From assembly GCA_002633005.1 (NCBI GenBank), contig NMRA01000016.1, forward strand, positions 1,195,565-1,259,564: a stretch of 64,000 nt of DNA, written 5' to 3'. The position numbers and the translations under genes are program-made. Shown in pieces: positions 37,597 through 51,200 of the stretch (the stretch's first letter is position 1; each line of letters opens with the position of its first letter). The stretch is from Phoronis australis (taxonomy: Eukaryota; Animalia; Phoronida). The notes beneath the pieces were generated by a model. It was not told the DNA's origin. It worked only from the letters and a program-made list of their open reading frames with translations, and did no database searches.

Positions 37597-39995
37597 AAAC
37601 AATTGCATCGGTAAGTATATACAAGCAAGAAGAAATGATTGCGCAACCGATTGCACGAAAAATTCATCAACAACCTCATGGTCTAGTGGCACAATCACTA
37701 GACCATAGTCACAACCAGGTTCGTATGCAATGAGAGTTCAAATCCCACACATCAGATCACATTTTGGTGATTTTTATAAAAATTAAAAACACAGCAAATA
37801 GCAGAATCTTCATTCTCACCGACCATTTCACATAATTGAACATATGCTTTGAGGGTGATGCACTGCAACAGAACTATATTCTAGGTAATGACTTGTATTT
37901 TTCAGTAGACTTGCAAATTACCATTTGATTCATCATTGCCGAAAACGCTAACTGGACACATGTTTGTTTCCATGTCCAATCATCTTTTCAGAGAGGACAT
38001 TTATTAATCATTGCAATATTTACAATGACGATAGCCCCATCAGTTCTCACTGCATTCTATGGGCGCCCTCATAATGAATGTCTTTAGAGCAAACATATAT
38101 AAAACTCGAAAATTCTTGAACAGTTACTGTATTTCGTCATTGCTCAATGGTGCAATCATATATCATATACAATAGTTCCGAACTCCGATACTTTCATATG
38201 GCATTCCAAAAGAGGCGCCAATTTCCGGAACGCAGCTCGAGTGGTTGATTTTGACGTTGCCACTGGTCTGGGTCAATGAAANTAGTTCCGAACTCCGATA
38301 CTTTCATATGGCATTCCCAGAAAAGGCGCCAATTTCCGGAACACAGTTCGAGTGGTTGACTTTGACGTTGCCACTGGTCTGGGTCAATGAAAGCCCTTGT
38401 TTGCACGCTGTCTCAAGTCACTTGAAAAAAGGCTTAACTTACCAAAACCTTTCTCTGTGGGGCTTCTTAAAGAAGAAAATTTTCAACCAAATCTTACTAA
38501 TTTACACTTCGCTACGTCCACCGAGAAAAATTTGAAATGGCAAAAGAGGCCAAAAGGGCGATTTTAGCCATATTTTCACCTAAAATCACAAATTCACGAC
38601 TGCCCGTGCAAGAAAGGAGACCATAACCGATAATCTGAATGCCATTTCTCTCTAGATAACATAAATTCAGGTTAAAATATGGCATTAGCAAACAGAATAT
38701 CTTTCGCACGTGTATTCCTATTAAATTAAGAACAAATGGACGGATCTGACTACGGGCTCTTTGGTTCCTAATGGTAAGTTCACCTGCTGCAGACATGATC
38801 AACTAACCTGCTTGTGATTGTCCCTGAGTTGTTCTCTCAAAGAAACCAACATGACCTCCAAAACAACAGGCTCAAGGCACACTTTCTTGAAGTCTTCCGT
38901 ATCAGAANAAAACAATTGCATCGGTAAGTATATACAAGCAAGAAGAAATGATTGCGCAACCGATTGCACGAAAAATTCATCAACAGCCTCATGGTCTAGT
39001 GGCACAATCACTAGACCATAGTCACAACCAGGTTCGTATGCAATGTGAGTTCAAATCCCACACGTCAGATGACCTTCTGATGATTTTTATAAAAATTAAA
39101 AACACAGCAAATAGCAGAATCTTCATTCTCTTCACCTACCATTTCACATAATTGAACATATGCTTCGAGGGTGATGCACTGCAATAGAACTATGTTCTAG
39201 GTAATGACTTGTATTTTTCAGTAGACTTGCAAATTATCATTTGATTCATCAATGCCGAAAACGCTAACTGGACACATGTTTGTTTCCATGTCCAATCATC
39301 TTTTCAGAGAGGACATTTATTAATCATTGCAATATTTACAATGACTATAGCCCCATCAATTCTCACTGCATTCTATGGGCGCCCTCACAATGAATGTCTT
39401 TAGAGCAAACATATATAAAACTCGAAAATTCTTGAACAGTTACTGTATTTCGTCATTGCTCAATGGTGCAATCATATATCATATACAATAGTTCCGAACT
39501 CCGATACTTTCATATGGCATTCCCAAAAGAGGCGCCAATTTCCGGAACGCAGCTCGAGTGGTTGATTTTGACGTTGCCACTGGTCTGGGTCAATGAAAGC
39601 CCTTGTTTGCACGCTGTCTCAAGTCACTTGAAAAAAGGCTTAACTTACCGAAACCTTTCTCTGTGGGGTTTCTTAAAGATGAAAATTTTCAACAAAATTG
39701 TACTATTTTTTACTTCGCTACGTCCACCGAGAAAAATCTGAAATGGCAAAAGTGGCCAAAATGGCGATTTTAGCCATATTTTCACCTAAAATCACAAATT
39801 CACGACTGCCCGTGCAAGAAAGAAGACTATAACCGATAATCTGAATGCCCTTTCACTCTAGATTACAAAAATTTAGGTTAAAATATGGCATTAGCAAACA
39901 GAATATCTTTCGCACGTTTGGCAAGCGTATTCCTATTAAATTAATAACAAATGGACGGATCTAACTACGCGCTCTTTGGTTCCTAATGGTAAGTT
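37597..39995. repeat. ~1.1-kb tandem duplication joined at N38908, with an inner duplication at N38282
   Basis: 37597-38778 is near-identical to 38909-39995; includes a tRNA-like SINE head (~37672-37747). Confidence 0.9.
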
Positions 39996-42160
39996 GTTTT
40001 TTTCACGTTTGCCTATGTATCTTTAGAGTTTGCTGACGAATATTCAGGAAAGTTAGCAAGCCGTTTTGTATAAGACAGATGACAATGCATTCCCATTCAG
40101 TTGTGGACAGGTTCGACGTATTCTACGCAATCTAATGGCCATTTCCGAGGAGGTCCTCTCTTGGAAGGGCGGCACGGGGCAATATCATTACTTTTATACC
40201 CCATATATGTATGTAGGATCCAACAAAAACTTATTGACCAAATGTGACTAATATCATACCTCAGGAATGGCAAATCGTATTCATATGAAGTTACTTCATG
40301 TCACTGTTCTCCAAAACGATGAAATTATAATTTACATTTGCCTGACGGACCATCAAAATAGGATGTTTAAGACTTTTATTAGCCAACTCAGAGTCGCATC
40401 AAACGAAAACGAAATGGTGATTTAAAAACGTGTAACAACGTTTTCTAAATTTTACGTTGAACATTTACATCAAACCACGTTTCAACATGTTATTGGTACT
40501 GTTGTAGCCTTTTCTTTAAACTTTAACAAAAAGGCATGGTGAAAGTGACCCGATTGATGCCAAAAGACAAATTTGACAGCTTCTACTTTTTTAAAATTGA
40601 CATTTTACCCGAGTTAAATCAACTGTTTTTCAGGTATTTTGGCTAAACTCAGACTTACCAGTGGTCAATAAGGCCCTAGACCACAACTCATTCACATATG
40701 CTTCAATAACTGACGGATTTTGAACAGCCTCTTTCCCAAATGGTCCCTACTGAAGTGAATCTTGACGACCTTAGGTCTCGTTTTCACTCGCCAAGAAGAG
40801 CGAAACTATTGCGGAAATTTCCCAATGTTTTGTTCACTAGATTCAGAGGTGATATTATTTGTCCCCGTGATTCAGTGACTTTCGTTGTTCGCCGCAAAGG
40901 TTAATGTTAAGTTACTTGTACACTGTTAAAATGTAATTTTGGCAGTGAATCTTTTCCGCACCCACCCTAGTAGCCTATTTCAGAAATCTATACCATGAAA
41001 AGTCAAAATCCCTTGAGCGAGTTCAGGTACAAAACTTTCCTTTCTATGGAATTTTTTAAACTTAAAGTTGTTGAAACAAGGGTAGCAAAGTTTCTGGTGG
41101 TTCCTTCCCGGGGGTTTGCCCACAAACAACAAGATATGTACGCCTATGGATATGCATGTAAAACTGCCAACGGCGAGGGTACAGAAGTGGCCATGCGGTT
41201 AGGGAGGTATCTCAAATTCGGCACCGCGAGAGGTGTAAAAATTGGCGAAGTTGAATTAGTTGGGCCCGTCCCCACCATAAAATTTTCCTTCCCCTGGGCC
41301 TGCCTGAGTGGGCAAAATACCCACTCGGGGGACAAAGTACAATGTACCTAACCAACACGGCACCATGTCACAAAATATCAACCTGCAAAAATACCATAGA
41401 AGGCAAAATATGCAACCGATTTGGCGGCACATCCCAACTTCGATTTTGTAATTCTTGTTTTGGTGAATTTCACTAAAATATGTTCTTGTTATCAGTTGAG
41501 GAATGTACATAATGTCCATTCCCAATAGCGGAGTTGCAACCGAATCGATTTAAGGATTGCGCATGTCCGGAAATTAGGGTGCGCAAAGGCTATTGTGATT
41601 GATTAGGATATGTGGAATGGCCGATTGGTTTGCACGACGTGTGATTTGTGTGTACATGTATTAAACTACGCTGTTGTATGTAATTCTTCCGCTATTTACC
41701 CTAATAAGCATCCATGCCCCGATAAATGCCCCAACGCGTTTTCAGACTTCGCTAAATAAGCGCCCAGCCCATGAACTACATCCGAAAATGCCTTACCTAC
41801 AGTTCTAACGTCTCCAATTTATCAGTTGAAAGATCCGACAGTCCTGAATTTGTAGACCAAGAGCCTCACCGTTATGTCCTTACACAATTCAAACTTACGC
41901 CGCTATTCAAAAAGAACGCAAAAGTTTTGCTGCTCTTGCGAGGGATGTGCCCCACAACGCGGGTCTGGACTTTGTAAACAGACGCAGCGTACTTGTCAGC
42001 GGGATTGTATTGCTTCTTTCTGGTACAGATCTTCTCCGACCACAACAGGAATCCAAACTTCTTTGTACACGTAAAAACCGTGAATCGGAGACTAATAAAA
42101 AAAATTCGACCAGTGTTAGCACGCGGCCAAGAAGCGCGCGCTGCATAAGGTACCGGCTGT

Positions 42161-43236
42161 CATCGATAGAGTTAGCAAGTCTATCGATAGAGTTACTAAC
42201 TCTGTCGATAGACTTATTATCACTATCGATAAACTTACTAACTCTATCGATAGATTTACTAACTCTATCGATAGACTTAATGAGTCTATCGAGTTAGTAA
42301 GTCTATCGATAGAGATTCTAAGTCTATCGATAGAGTTATTAAGTCTATCGACAGATTTAGTAAGTCTATCGATAGAGATAATAAGTCTATCGATAGAGAT
42401 AGTAAGTCTATCGATAGAGATAATAAGTCTATCGATAGAAATAGTAAGTCTATCGATAGAGGTAGTAAGTCTATCGATAGAGATAGTAAGTCTATCGATA
42501 GAGATAGTAAGTCTATCGATAGAGTTAATAAGACCATCGATAGAGTAAATAACTCTATCAATAGAGTTAGTAAGTCTGTAGATAGAGTTAGTAAGTCTAT
42601 CGATAGAATTAATAAGTCTGTCGATAGAGTTAGTAAGTCTATAGATAGAGATAGTAAGTCTCGGTTGAGTTAGTAAGTCTATCGATAGAGATAATAAGTC
42701 TATCGATAGAGATAGTAAGTCTATCGATAGAGATAGTAAGTCTATCGATAGAGATAATAACTCTATCGATAGAGATAGTAAGTCTATCGATAGAGTTAAT
42801 AAGATCATCGATAGAGTTAATAACTCTATCAATAGAGTTAGTAAGTCTGTAGATAGAGTTAGTAAGTCTATCGATAGAGTTAATAAGTCTGTCGATAGAG
42901 TTAGTAAGTCTATAGATAGAGATAGTAAGTCTCGGTTGAGTTAGTAAGTCTATCGATAGAGATACTAAGTCTATCGATAGAGTTATTAAGTCTATCGACA
43001 GAGTTAGTAAGTCTATCGATAGAGATAATAAGTCTATCGATAGAGATAGTAAGTCTATCGATAGAGATAGTAAGTCTATCGATAGAGATAGTAAGTCTAT
43101 CGATAGAGATAGTAAGTCTATCGATAGAGATAGTAAGTCTATAGAGTTATTAACTCTATCGATAGAGTTAATAACTCTATCGATAGAGTTAATAATTCTA
43201 TCGATGAAGTTAATAAGTCTATCGATAGAGTTAGTA
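42161..43236. repeat. 21-bp minisatellite with palindromic core
   Basis: Consensus AGTAAGTCTATCGATAGAGAT, roughly 50 units; core TCTATCGATAGA is self-complementary. Confidence 0.97.
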
Positions 43237-43847
43237 ACGGAGAAAAAATGTTGCCGTGCCGTCCTTTCACAGCCAACGTACTTTTGATATTAAAGCAACA
43301 GAATGTATTCATCTTTCTACCCATTTAAGACTGCATGCCTGTTTGTATTTCTTTTCGGTCTGTGTGTCGTATTCACATAAAATATGTTCAAGTTAGTTCC
43401 GTCTCATATTCATATTATGATGAAGTGTCTTATTAGAAATCTGGAACTCAACTTACGTTGAGAGGAAGAGCTTTCGTTATTATGCATAAATTTAAGTCAA
43501 ATCATTTGTCTTGAATTGTTTCAGTACAAGTATAAATTTAATCAGCGATTTCTCCATTTAAGAATTGACAAAATATTATTTGCACTTTTGATACCCTAAG
43601 ACGCTTGTAATGCACACTTAGTTTGACTTTTTGCAAGAAAGCTCCTCAATGAACCACAGTCCAGGTAAACCTTAGTTCCATGTACTAAGTTACCTAATGA
43701 TGGTTCCATAGTGCAGTAGCTATTAGATAATAATGGATTGATTCGGGATTAAACCAAGAAAACATATTTCAAGGCAAATCGTTTTATTGAAATGAAAATC
43801 CATCTTCACATGGTAAAGTTGAAAAGCCTTTTCGTTTCCTGGTTCTT

Positions 43848-46800
43848 CTAATGCTCCTCAATGGTAATCGAACACCCGCTGTTGTAGCATGTTTGCGCAT
43901 TCCCTATCAGTAACCCTGTGCACGCCCCAACGCGCAGCTGGACCTCTACGTTGCCAGACGAACTCATGTAGCATGTACCAGAAACTGTAAAAGATTGCAG
44001 TGGCATTTTTAGCATCAACGTATTGCACGACTCGGCCATAGGTAAGGACTGGGTTTTGTTGGTCTTCACCATTCTACTGCTGACGGTGGAAGGGTAATGG
44101 TGATGGGGGTGTCGGTGGTAGTGAGGGTGATGGTTATGGTGGTGGTTTTGATGATGGAGGTGACGATGTGATGGTTATGGTGATATTGATGATGGTGGTG
44201 GTGATACAAAGGTAATGTTGGTGGTGGTGGTGATCTTGATTGGTGGTGGCGGTGGCGATAGTAGCCATGAGTGTTGGCGGAGATGGTGAAAGTAGAGGTG
44301 TAGGTGATTGTGGTGTTGGTGACCATGCTGATCGTAGTATCAAGAGGGAGTATTTAAGGCGAAGCATTTATCGCGTCAAATTTGTAAAAATGTCATTAAG
44401 ATTTATTGTGTACAGACAATGACTTTAGTTAAATAAGATCGTATTATGCATTGCCAATTATTAAAATAAAGCTTGGCGTGGGTGAACTTGATGAGGTGAA
44501 CTTCAATTTTAAAGGCACTCTCAATGTTTTTTGTTAAGTCTTCAGTAAGCTTATCAAACACCAATGACAGCTTTAGCAACAAGTTATCTCAATACTTGGG
44601 TTATTCGTAGGCTAATGATTTGAACTCAAAAACTAATAAGCATAACACCTCTAGAAATAATGTTTTGAGCAAAAGTACTTACATGCATTACCACGTTGGA
44701 CAGTTACCGTCCCAGGATTCTGGTACACTATAGTGTCAATTGGACGATTAGGGCATTCTTGGCCGTTGATGGTGAAGTACCAACGATTACAGCGAGCGGC
44801 GGCTCCTGCCTGACCAAGCATGCCAAGAACGCCACTCCACGTGACCCGCAGCGATGAATAAGTGTTCCTCTTGTAGAAAGTCGTGGTCTAAAATATAATA
44901 CTTTTTGGTTTAAATGAAGAAGTTGCGGAAAGGGAAAGTTATTGCGCACATGCGCACTTCGTCATGTGTCCAATCATTCCTCTGCCTGATAGTCACAGGA
45001 CTTACCATGAGACAGAAGCCCTCACAGGCGTAAATGACTTTCACCTTCGAGAGAAAAAGTGAAGCTACGAAAACACCCGAGATGTTCTGAACGATACTAT
45101 AGTTTGTCCATTCTGAACTCTCGGGTGTTTGCAGCCTCAAACTGTTCCTCAAGCGCGAACATTATACGTGCATCTTCAAACTTTAGTCACATGTCAAGTC
45201 ACGAGATTGACTGTTAAACAAAACAATCATTAGCTGTATGACTGAAGTCCGCTTATACGTAAATAATATTCCTCTATGAAGAAAACTTGGGACTGCAAAA
45301 ATGTCTGAAGTGTTCCAAATATAATACGTCATTAAACTGATCTCAACTTGACTCTTACTCAAATTAGAAATGACTTCTAGCCAGAATGAATTTTTGTGTT
45401 TCTTGTGCTAATTTAGTTCCCGAATTAGACTTTGGCACGGATTGCGATTTTCGTCTGTTTCCTATGCGTCTTGTTTTGTTGCACAATGGCCCATGCTATA
45501 TCAAAGTAGTTCGTCTTGTGGTACCGAGATGGAAAATCGTGAAAAATGTAGTTGCATTGTTGCTTCTTACGCTCTGGTGTTCATAGGCATCTCGGCAAGT
45601 TTCGTCTTCACAAAAGCGCTTTGAGGTAGTAATCTACTGACATCAATTTTAAAATCTTTTGGTCTATTTACACCAACCTCTAGCCTTAGTGTATGTAGAC
45701 CCAAAGATCTTAGAAATAATGTTCGGCAAATTTTCGCGTTACGTCGAAGAGGTACCCATTCGTTGTAGCGGGGACTCGTGCTCATTATAGTTTTTTCTCT
45801 ACCAAGGAATAACTAATGCCATTTTCCTTCAAACGGCCATTGTTCGTGTGGACCAGTATATTTCGTACAATGTCAATATGTTGTTTTCCAAAAACAGAAA
45901 TAGATAAGACCTACCAGAATTACACCGTTGTCCACGCCAGACGACCAAGCTCGGCTCCAATAGTAGTAGCGAACATTACTGTAACCACGAAATAAAAGTG
46001 TATGGGTTCATTAAGCGCAGGTCCAGAAACAATAATAGACACGATCTCAAATGGCGATTGCGCTGCCGAAGATATCTCCTCTTTAGTTGGGTAATTTGCA
46101 CTACAAGCTCTTCTCGTCTCCAACAAAATATGACTGTACAGAGGGGGTTCTGGTTTTTCTTGGAAAAAGTATATTTTTACAAGTTCAATTGGAGAAAAAA
46201 TGGACTTGTATGAAAGGATTTCAAGACAACTATTTCACAAGCAGAACTACAACGGGCGGTAAGGTAAATTTCTACCTCCCAGTGAAAGCATTCACGAGGA
46301 CTCGTTTACGTTTGAACGTTGAAAATGAATCGAACACTCACTTTAAGTTGCTGATCCTTCTGCTGAGGTCCTGCAACAGACAAGCATTGGTTGGTGACTA
46401 TTACAGGTACAGCAATTGTATTGAAACTCTGGACATGCATTGAAGATGTAATCGACAAATCTAAACTGTTGTTCAGTATTACGAGCGACATCACAAGCAC
46501 ATCTGTTTTAGCAGATCATTTTGTTTAACATAAAAGCTTTCAAGAACTTTCTCACGTCCAATATTCCGTTTAATTTGATCTTGTGAGATGCGATCTTCAA
46601 GATCTCCGTCGCAAATGTAAGAGTCGCTTGATAACTCTAAAACGCTCTGCTAAGTCAGATCATAGATCGTGGTTACATGGAAAACGAAAATTGTTCCATT
46701 TGAGCATTCATGCACTTTTTGAATAAACCACAAAGTATAGTTCTCAATAACTAAAGCAAATTCCCGTTTTTAATGTGTCGTAAAACTTTTTTCCGTAGTA

Positions 46801-48180
46801 AGACGTTGGAATTATGTTATGGTCTATCAGCTGTCAACAGTTTTAATAGAACGAGAATGACTAGCCATCGGAATATATAAATTTATAACACCTTGCATGA
46901 TGAAGATAATTTTGTGAGGAATTAAAGCGTCCTAGTTGCGAATTAAAGCGGCATTTTCACCTTTCCAGACAATTTTCAGTATCATGAAAAGTGCACCTAC
47001 GAAATTGCTGCAAAAGAGAATAATGCTTAACATTTATTTCCTATAAATTAGTAAGAATATGCAATCTTAAGTACACACAGAATTGAAGCTGTGAAATGTT
47101 TCAATTTTACTGAAAAATATAAAAAGATAAAAACGAAACTTGAATGTTCAGAAGAATTCCGCATTTCGTCAGCGGTAGTAGATGAAGCGGTCACGGACTG
47201 GGAAGACTTATTTACCCTCTTCTCTTATCTATTTTAGTATTGATGTCTATGTATCAGAAAAAATGGTAATGCGACTCATGTATCAGTCACAGCAATTGAG
47301 AGAGAATTGAAATTCAAGGGTTTTGTAAACTTACGTTCACTCGTTGTTCCAGCTTGTAGATTCTCTCTGAAAATGGACAAAGAAAGTTTTATTTTTAAAT
47401 ACTATCAATTTACGCACACTCCTTGTTCCAGTTTGTAGATTCTCTTCGAATAATCCACAATGATAGCCTTATAGTTTTTTGTGGGTAAACCAACTCTTAA
47501 ACGGATCAAGAATATCGGGTATTCAATACAAGGCTGATCTAAACGTTTTTGTTTTAATTTTGAGCTTCTGCGCGTGCTTGCCAGTGTTGATTTTGGCTAC
47601 ACAACGACATTTGTGATGTCACGATATTCTGCGGTTCACCAGGGTTGTCTCATAAGCAGGAATTCACGTTAACGTTCTCAGATTTGTTAAAACGTCACTT
47701 ATATAAACGCTGTTATAGTTAAACGTTAATGGCCTTACCCTTTCGTCTTCAATGTAAATTTAACCTTTATTTCACGAAACCCCTACACAGAATATATTAC
47801 ATTTTAACGGACGACGAATTATTATATCCAGGAAAAAGTTCAGTTTCAGAGACTTCATTATCCAATAAGACTCTAATGAAGACCTTTTCATATGATTTTT
47901 ATTCCTGTCATAAGGAAGCCAACAGTGAACGCTTTCTCAACAGTAGTTATTCTCTGTCACGTTTTGTGGCCGAGTCTTCGGATATGCACCACACATAATA
48001 ATTATTAATAATAATTACAGAGGGTCATAAATTATATAGGTGCTGACACTTGCGGGCATTTGACATAGATATAGAGAACTAACCTCCAGTTCCGCAACAA
48101 CAATCGGCGTTGGCGAACTTTGAATCCACAATCAGCAGTGCGAGAACGACAGCACTAAGAAGTTTAAACCAACAACTCAT
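43848..48180 (-). CDS. CTHRC1: CTHRC1-family secreted protein lacking the collagen repeat, 6 exons, 187 aa
   Basis: Exons 48180-48084 (MSCWFKLLSAVVLALLIVDSKFANADCCCGTG), 47366-47335 (RIYKLEQRVN), 46370-46342 (DLSRRISNL), 45978-45915 (NVRYYYWSRAWSSGVDNGVIL), 44887-44683 (TTTFYKRNTYSSLRVTWSG...RCNRWYFTINGQECPNRPIDTIVY...), 43984-43848 (SGTC...VEVQLRVGAC...GNAQTCYNSGCSITIEEH*). Phases 1,0,2,0,1 are consistent. F.K....S.LRV..SG, C.RWYFT.NG.EC...PI...Y, V.V...VG.C, I.IEE match the CTHRC1 C-terminal domain. AATAAA ~60 nt after the stop. The symbol denotes family membership, not proven orthology. Confidence 0.88.
44085..44330. repeat. (GGT/GAT)n low-complexity tract in the last intron of the CTHRC1-like gene
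   Basis: Degenerate trinucleotide repeat. Confidence 0.85.
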
Positions 48181-48227
48181 CTTGGCAAAGGATGCTGGAA
48201 TAATTCGAACGACAAATACCAAGGCCT

Positions 48228-48237
48228 TATTTATATA
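48228..48237 (-). promoter_or_regulatory. TATA box of CTHRC1-like gene
   Basis: TATATAAATA ~50 nt upstream of the ATG at 48180. Confidence 0.65.
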
Positions 48238-51200
48238 CACGCCATCCTTTACGTGCATAATAAACCATATTGTTGCCATGGTGAAATGCGTTGCTCCAAT
48301 GAAACCTTCAGTTTTTTACCGATTTTGATGATTGATCGGTGGTAACTTACAAATTACTCCCCCTTGCTGAATTGGTCATGAGTCACCCCCCTACTCACCG
48401 CCCCAGATATCGCTTGCACTGGTCACCTGTCACACATGAACACGATTTACTTTTAGCATTACGGTTTCGGACGCTGTTCTGCTTACAGTTGAGAAATTAA
48501 CAGCAAGAAACGCCCTGATCATTAAGTATCAAAAACATTCGTTTGTAATGGACATCAACAGAACTGGAAAGCTGAAGATTCCAGCAGGGCAAGCTTACTT
48601 GTTTCGTCATGTAATATGTTAATTAGTTTGAATTTGTGGACCATCTCCATGTATAGGCTTGTGGTTGGCTAAAGAAGTAGCAAGCAGCGTCACCTTTTGC
48701 TAAAGAATATGCCTAACAATCATTTTTTTACAAAAACTGTGCTCCTTAAAGTGCGGGGCGCCATGTTAGCCGCTCAAGAAAAATGAGATTGCCCGCCTGA
48801 CATTGTCAGTGGACAATACTGTTGCCCTGACCTACTACCCAGCAAATATATTTTAGTAACCAAAATATTACGCCCAGTGCAATGAAATATAAATACCAGA
48901 AAATGATTTTACTAGAACTGAACTAAGTGTATGTTTTGCAATCCTGGGAAGTTTCGGAAGGCACAGGAGTGAAGCATTTGGCTGATAGCAGTGAAACAAC
49001 GAATGAGATTTTTCAGACTCTGCACAGTAGGTTCACTTAAAGCCTTCACCTGTTGACCAGTTCTCATTCTAGTAACTGTAACCGTTCGAATCGACCAATT
49101 TCCACTACAAAAACAGAGGAGCACTACTTTTAATTGCTCTTTCCTAGGTGGTTTGTTGCCAGTTTGAACTTAGGTGACAATTTTGATCTTTTCGATATAG
49201 CGCCTGCTGCCACATTAAGAAAAATGCTCAACTGACGATTCGGTCTTTCCAAAAAACGTAACACGTGGTTTTACTTTCTCCTTTACACTCCTTCGGCGAC
49301 CAGACTAATATATCACCAATCTCTTGTCAATATTAACGGCCTACGTGTGATAAATGCTCTGATAATAATGCAACCCATGATGCAGTTCGTTACTAACAAG
49401 TTGTCGCCAATCATTACCATATTCGACAGTAAACAGGTTTAACGAGACTTCAAGGACCGCGACCTTTACCAGCATTTTGTCTGCATTATTGTGTTAAGGA
49501 AGGGGGAGTTTAAAGATGATTTTGTCACGACGGGACTCATCTCATATCATTCAAACAAGTGTGGAGAATCGTATGGCTGGACTCACTCCGCCACTAAAAC
49601 CGCGGCCTTACCAGTACATAGTATTTTCAGTTTGCAGGTCGACCAATAACTTAAAGATCTGTGTCTACTTTTTCCACATACTGGTTAAACAGCAATTCAA
49701 TAAGTTCCTCAGTCAAACCTTTCAAACATCCCTTAAAAAATCCCGGTCTCAAAATGTTGCTTGAACTGAGAGATACTCTCCCTTGAACAGTAGAGGTCAC
49801 AGTTTCGAAGAGATGGCTAGCCATTGACGTATCGCAAGCTCCGCCCCCTTACAAAAAGTCACGTGACACAAACAAACAAGATGCCAGAGGCAAATACACT
49901 GTCGCTAAATGACGTTCCTGATGGAATCGATGAGTGTTTTTTGCACTATCCAAAAACGCTTCAACAAAGACATTAGGCCATGCTTTTAAGCATAGAATCC
50001 TACGTTCATAATGTAGGAATTTGCAAAGGTGACGATGAAGAAATAAGTGTTTGAGGAAAAGTATTTCGGAGCCCGCGAATGTCCAAAGAACCTCACACGG
50101 GTTCCCATTCACCTGACAAATGACAAGGCCACTGATGCGATATGTTCATGTAGAGCTAGGTATGTAGCTTACAGTCAAATTATCTGCCCGATGCCATAGA
50201 TTTCAGGATCTTTCGAACAAAATCAGCGAAGATTAACCGATATCTTTATTCTGTAGAATGCTAAAATCCGCCAAGTGAAAAGTAGGTCACAACTGCCCAA
50301 AGGACTATCGAGAAAAGTAGGTCGAGTCGATAGCACTATTTACGCTTCTCTAATCTTCGAACCAAATATTTCGATTAAAAAAACTTAGGTTTATAGCTCA
50401 AGTACACACTCATCTTATCCAAGGGAAGCAGTAAGCTCCGGTAGGTCTAAGGCTGTGTCCAAGTCAAATTAATGCACGTAATTGCACCATCAAGACCTTT
50501 AACTTTAATAGGCTTACCTTCTGACGAACTTCGCATTTTTTGTAGTTTCACTGCATAAAGGTATCTTGCAGTTATTTTTAAACGTAGCATGATCATTAAA
50601 CTGTGGTATGGTTACAAAAATGACAAGTCTGGTGTAGTGGCAAAAATGGTTATTTACAAAAATAACTAAAGCTTTATAAATCTTAAATATCGTGGTTTAA
50701 CAACTTCAAAATAAGCTCTCTGTAACTCTACTGGCAAAGAGTATACCAGATGTCCTCATCAAAATGTAAGTAGACTGTTTATTTTTTCGTGACAAGAGCT
50801 CGGACAAGACTTTGAGTTCAGTAATCCAGTGCCACTCCCTGTGCGGATCGAATCTCTAAATTTTGGAAAAAAGTTCAGTTGAATGCCAGCTTACTGATAT
50901 ATGAATAACAAAAAATGTACCTCTGCTACGAAATAAAACGCTGTCTATAGGTCGAAATAACTGAAAAATAGTAAAAATATAAAAACACTTTCCAGAGACT
51001 ATCGCTAGACTATATTGCTGAGTTGCATCAGGTGCCGAGACAAAGGCGTACAGACGAGTGAAACTCCGGAGGCAAAATCAGATAAGCCTACGCTACAGCT
51101 ACCAAACTGAACTAGTGTTACAAATATATTTGTGTTTAACCCTAGAGTAATCAAGCAAGATTGCCAATTAAGTTCAGCTGCGCGTGTACGTGACCGTTCG

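Noticed and set aside
37672-37747. tRNA gene (also 26330-26392)
   Set aside because: Only A/B-box-like motifs, no complete cloverleaf; SINE-like.
41771-42150. Overlapping ORFs before the satellite
   Set aside because: No recognisable motif or consistent exon chain.
42116-42832. 238-aa leucine-rich/heptad ORF
   Set aside because: Translation of the 21-bp satellite; no unique coding flanks or splice context.
42161-43236. CRISPR-like array of palindromic repeats
   Set aside because: No unique spacers, no cas genes, eukaryotic context.
44066-44367. His/Thr/Pro-rich ORFs, or a possible collagen exon for CTHRC1
   Set aside because: Intronic trinucleotide low complexity; not Gly-X-Y on the gene strand and in the wrong position.
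44910-45152. Extra CTHRC1 exon with donor at ~45005
   Set aside because: Not needed for the frame and would interrupt the conserved domain; no similarity.
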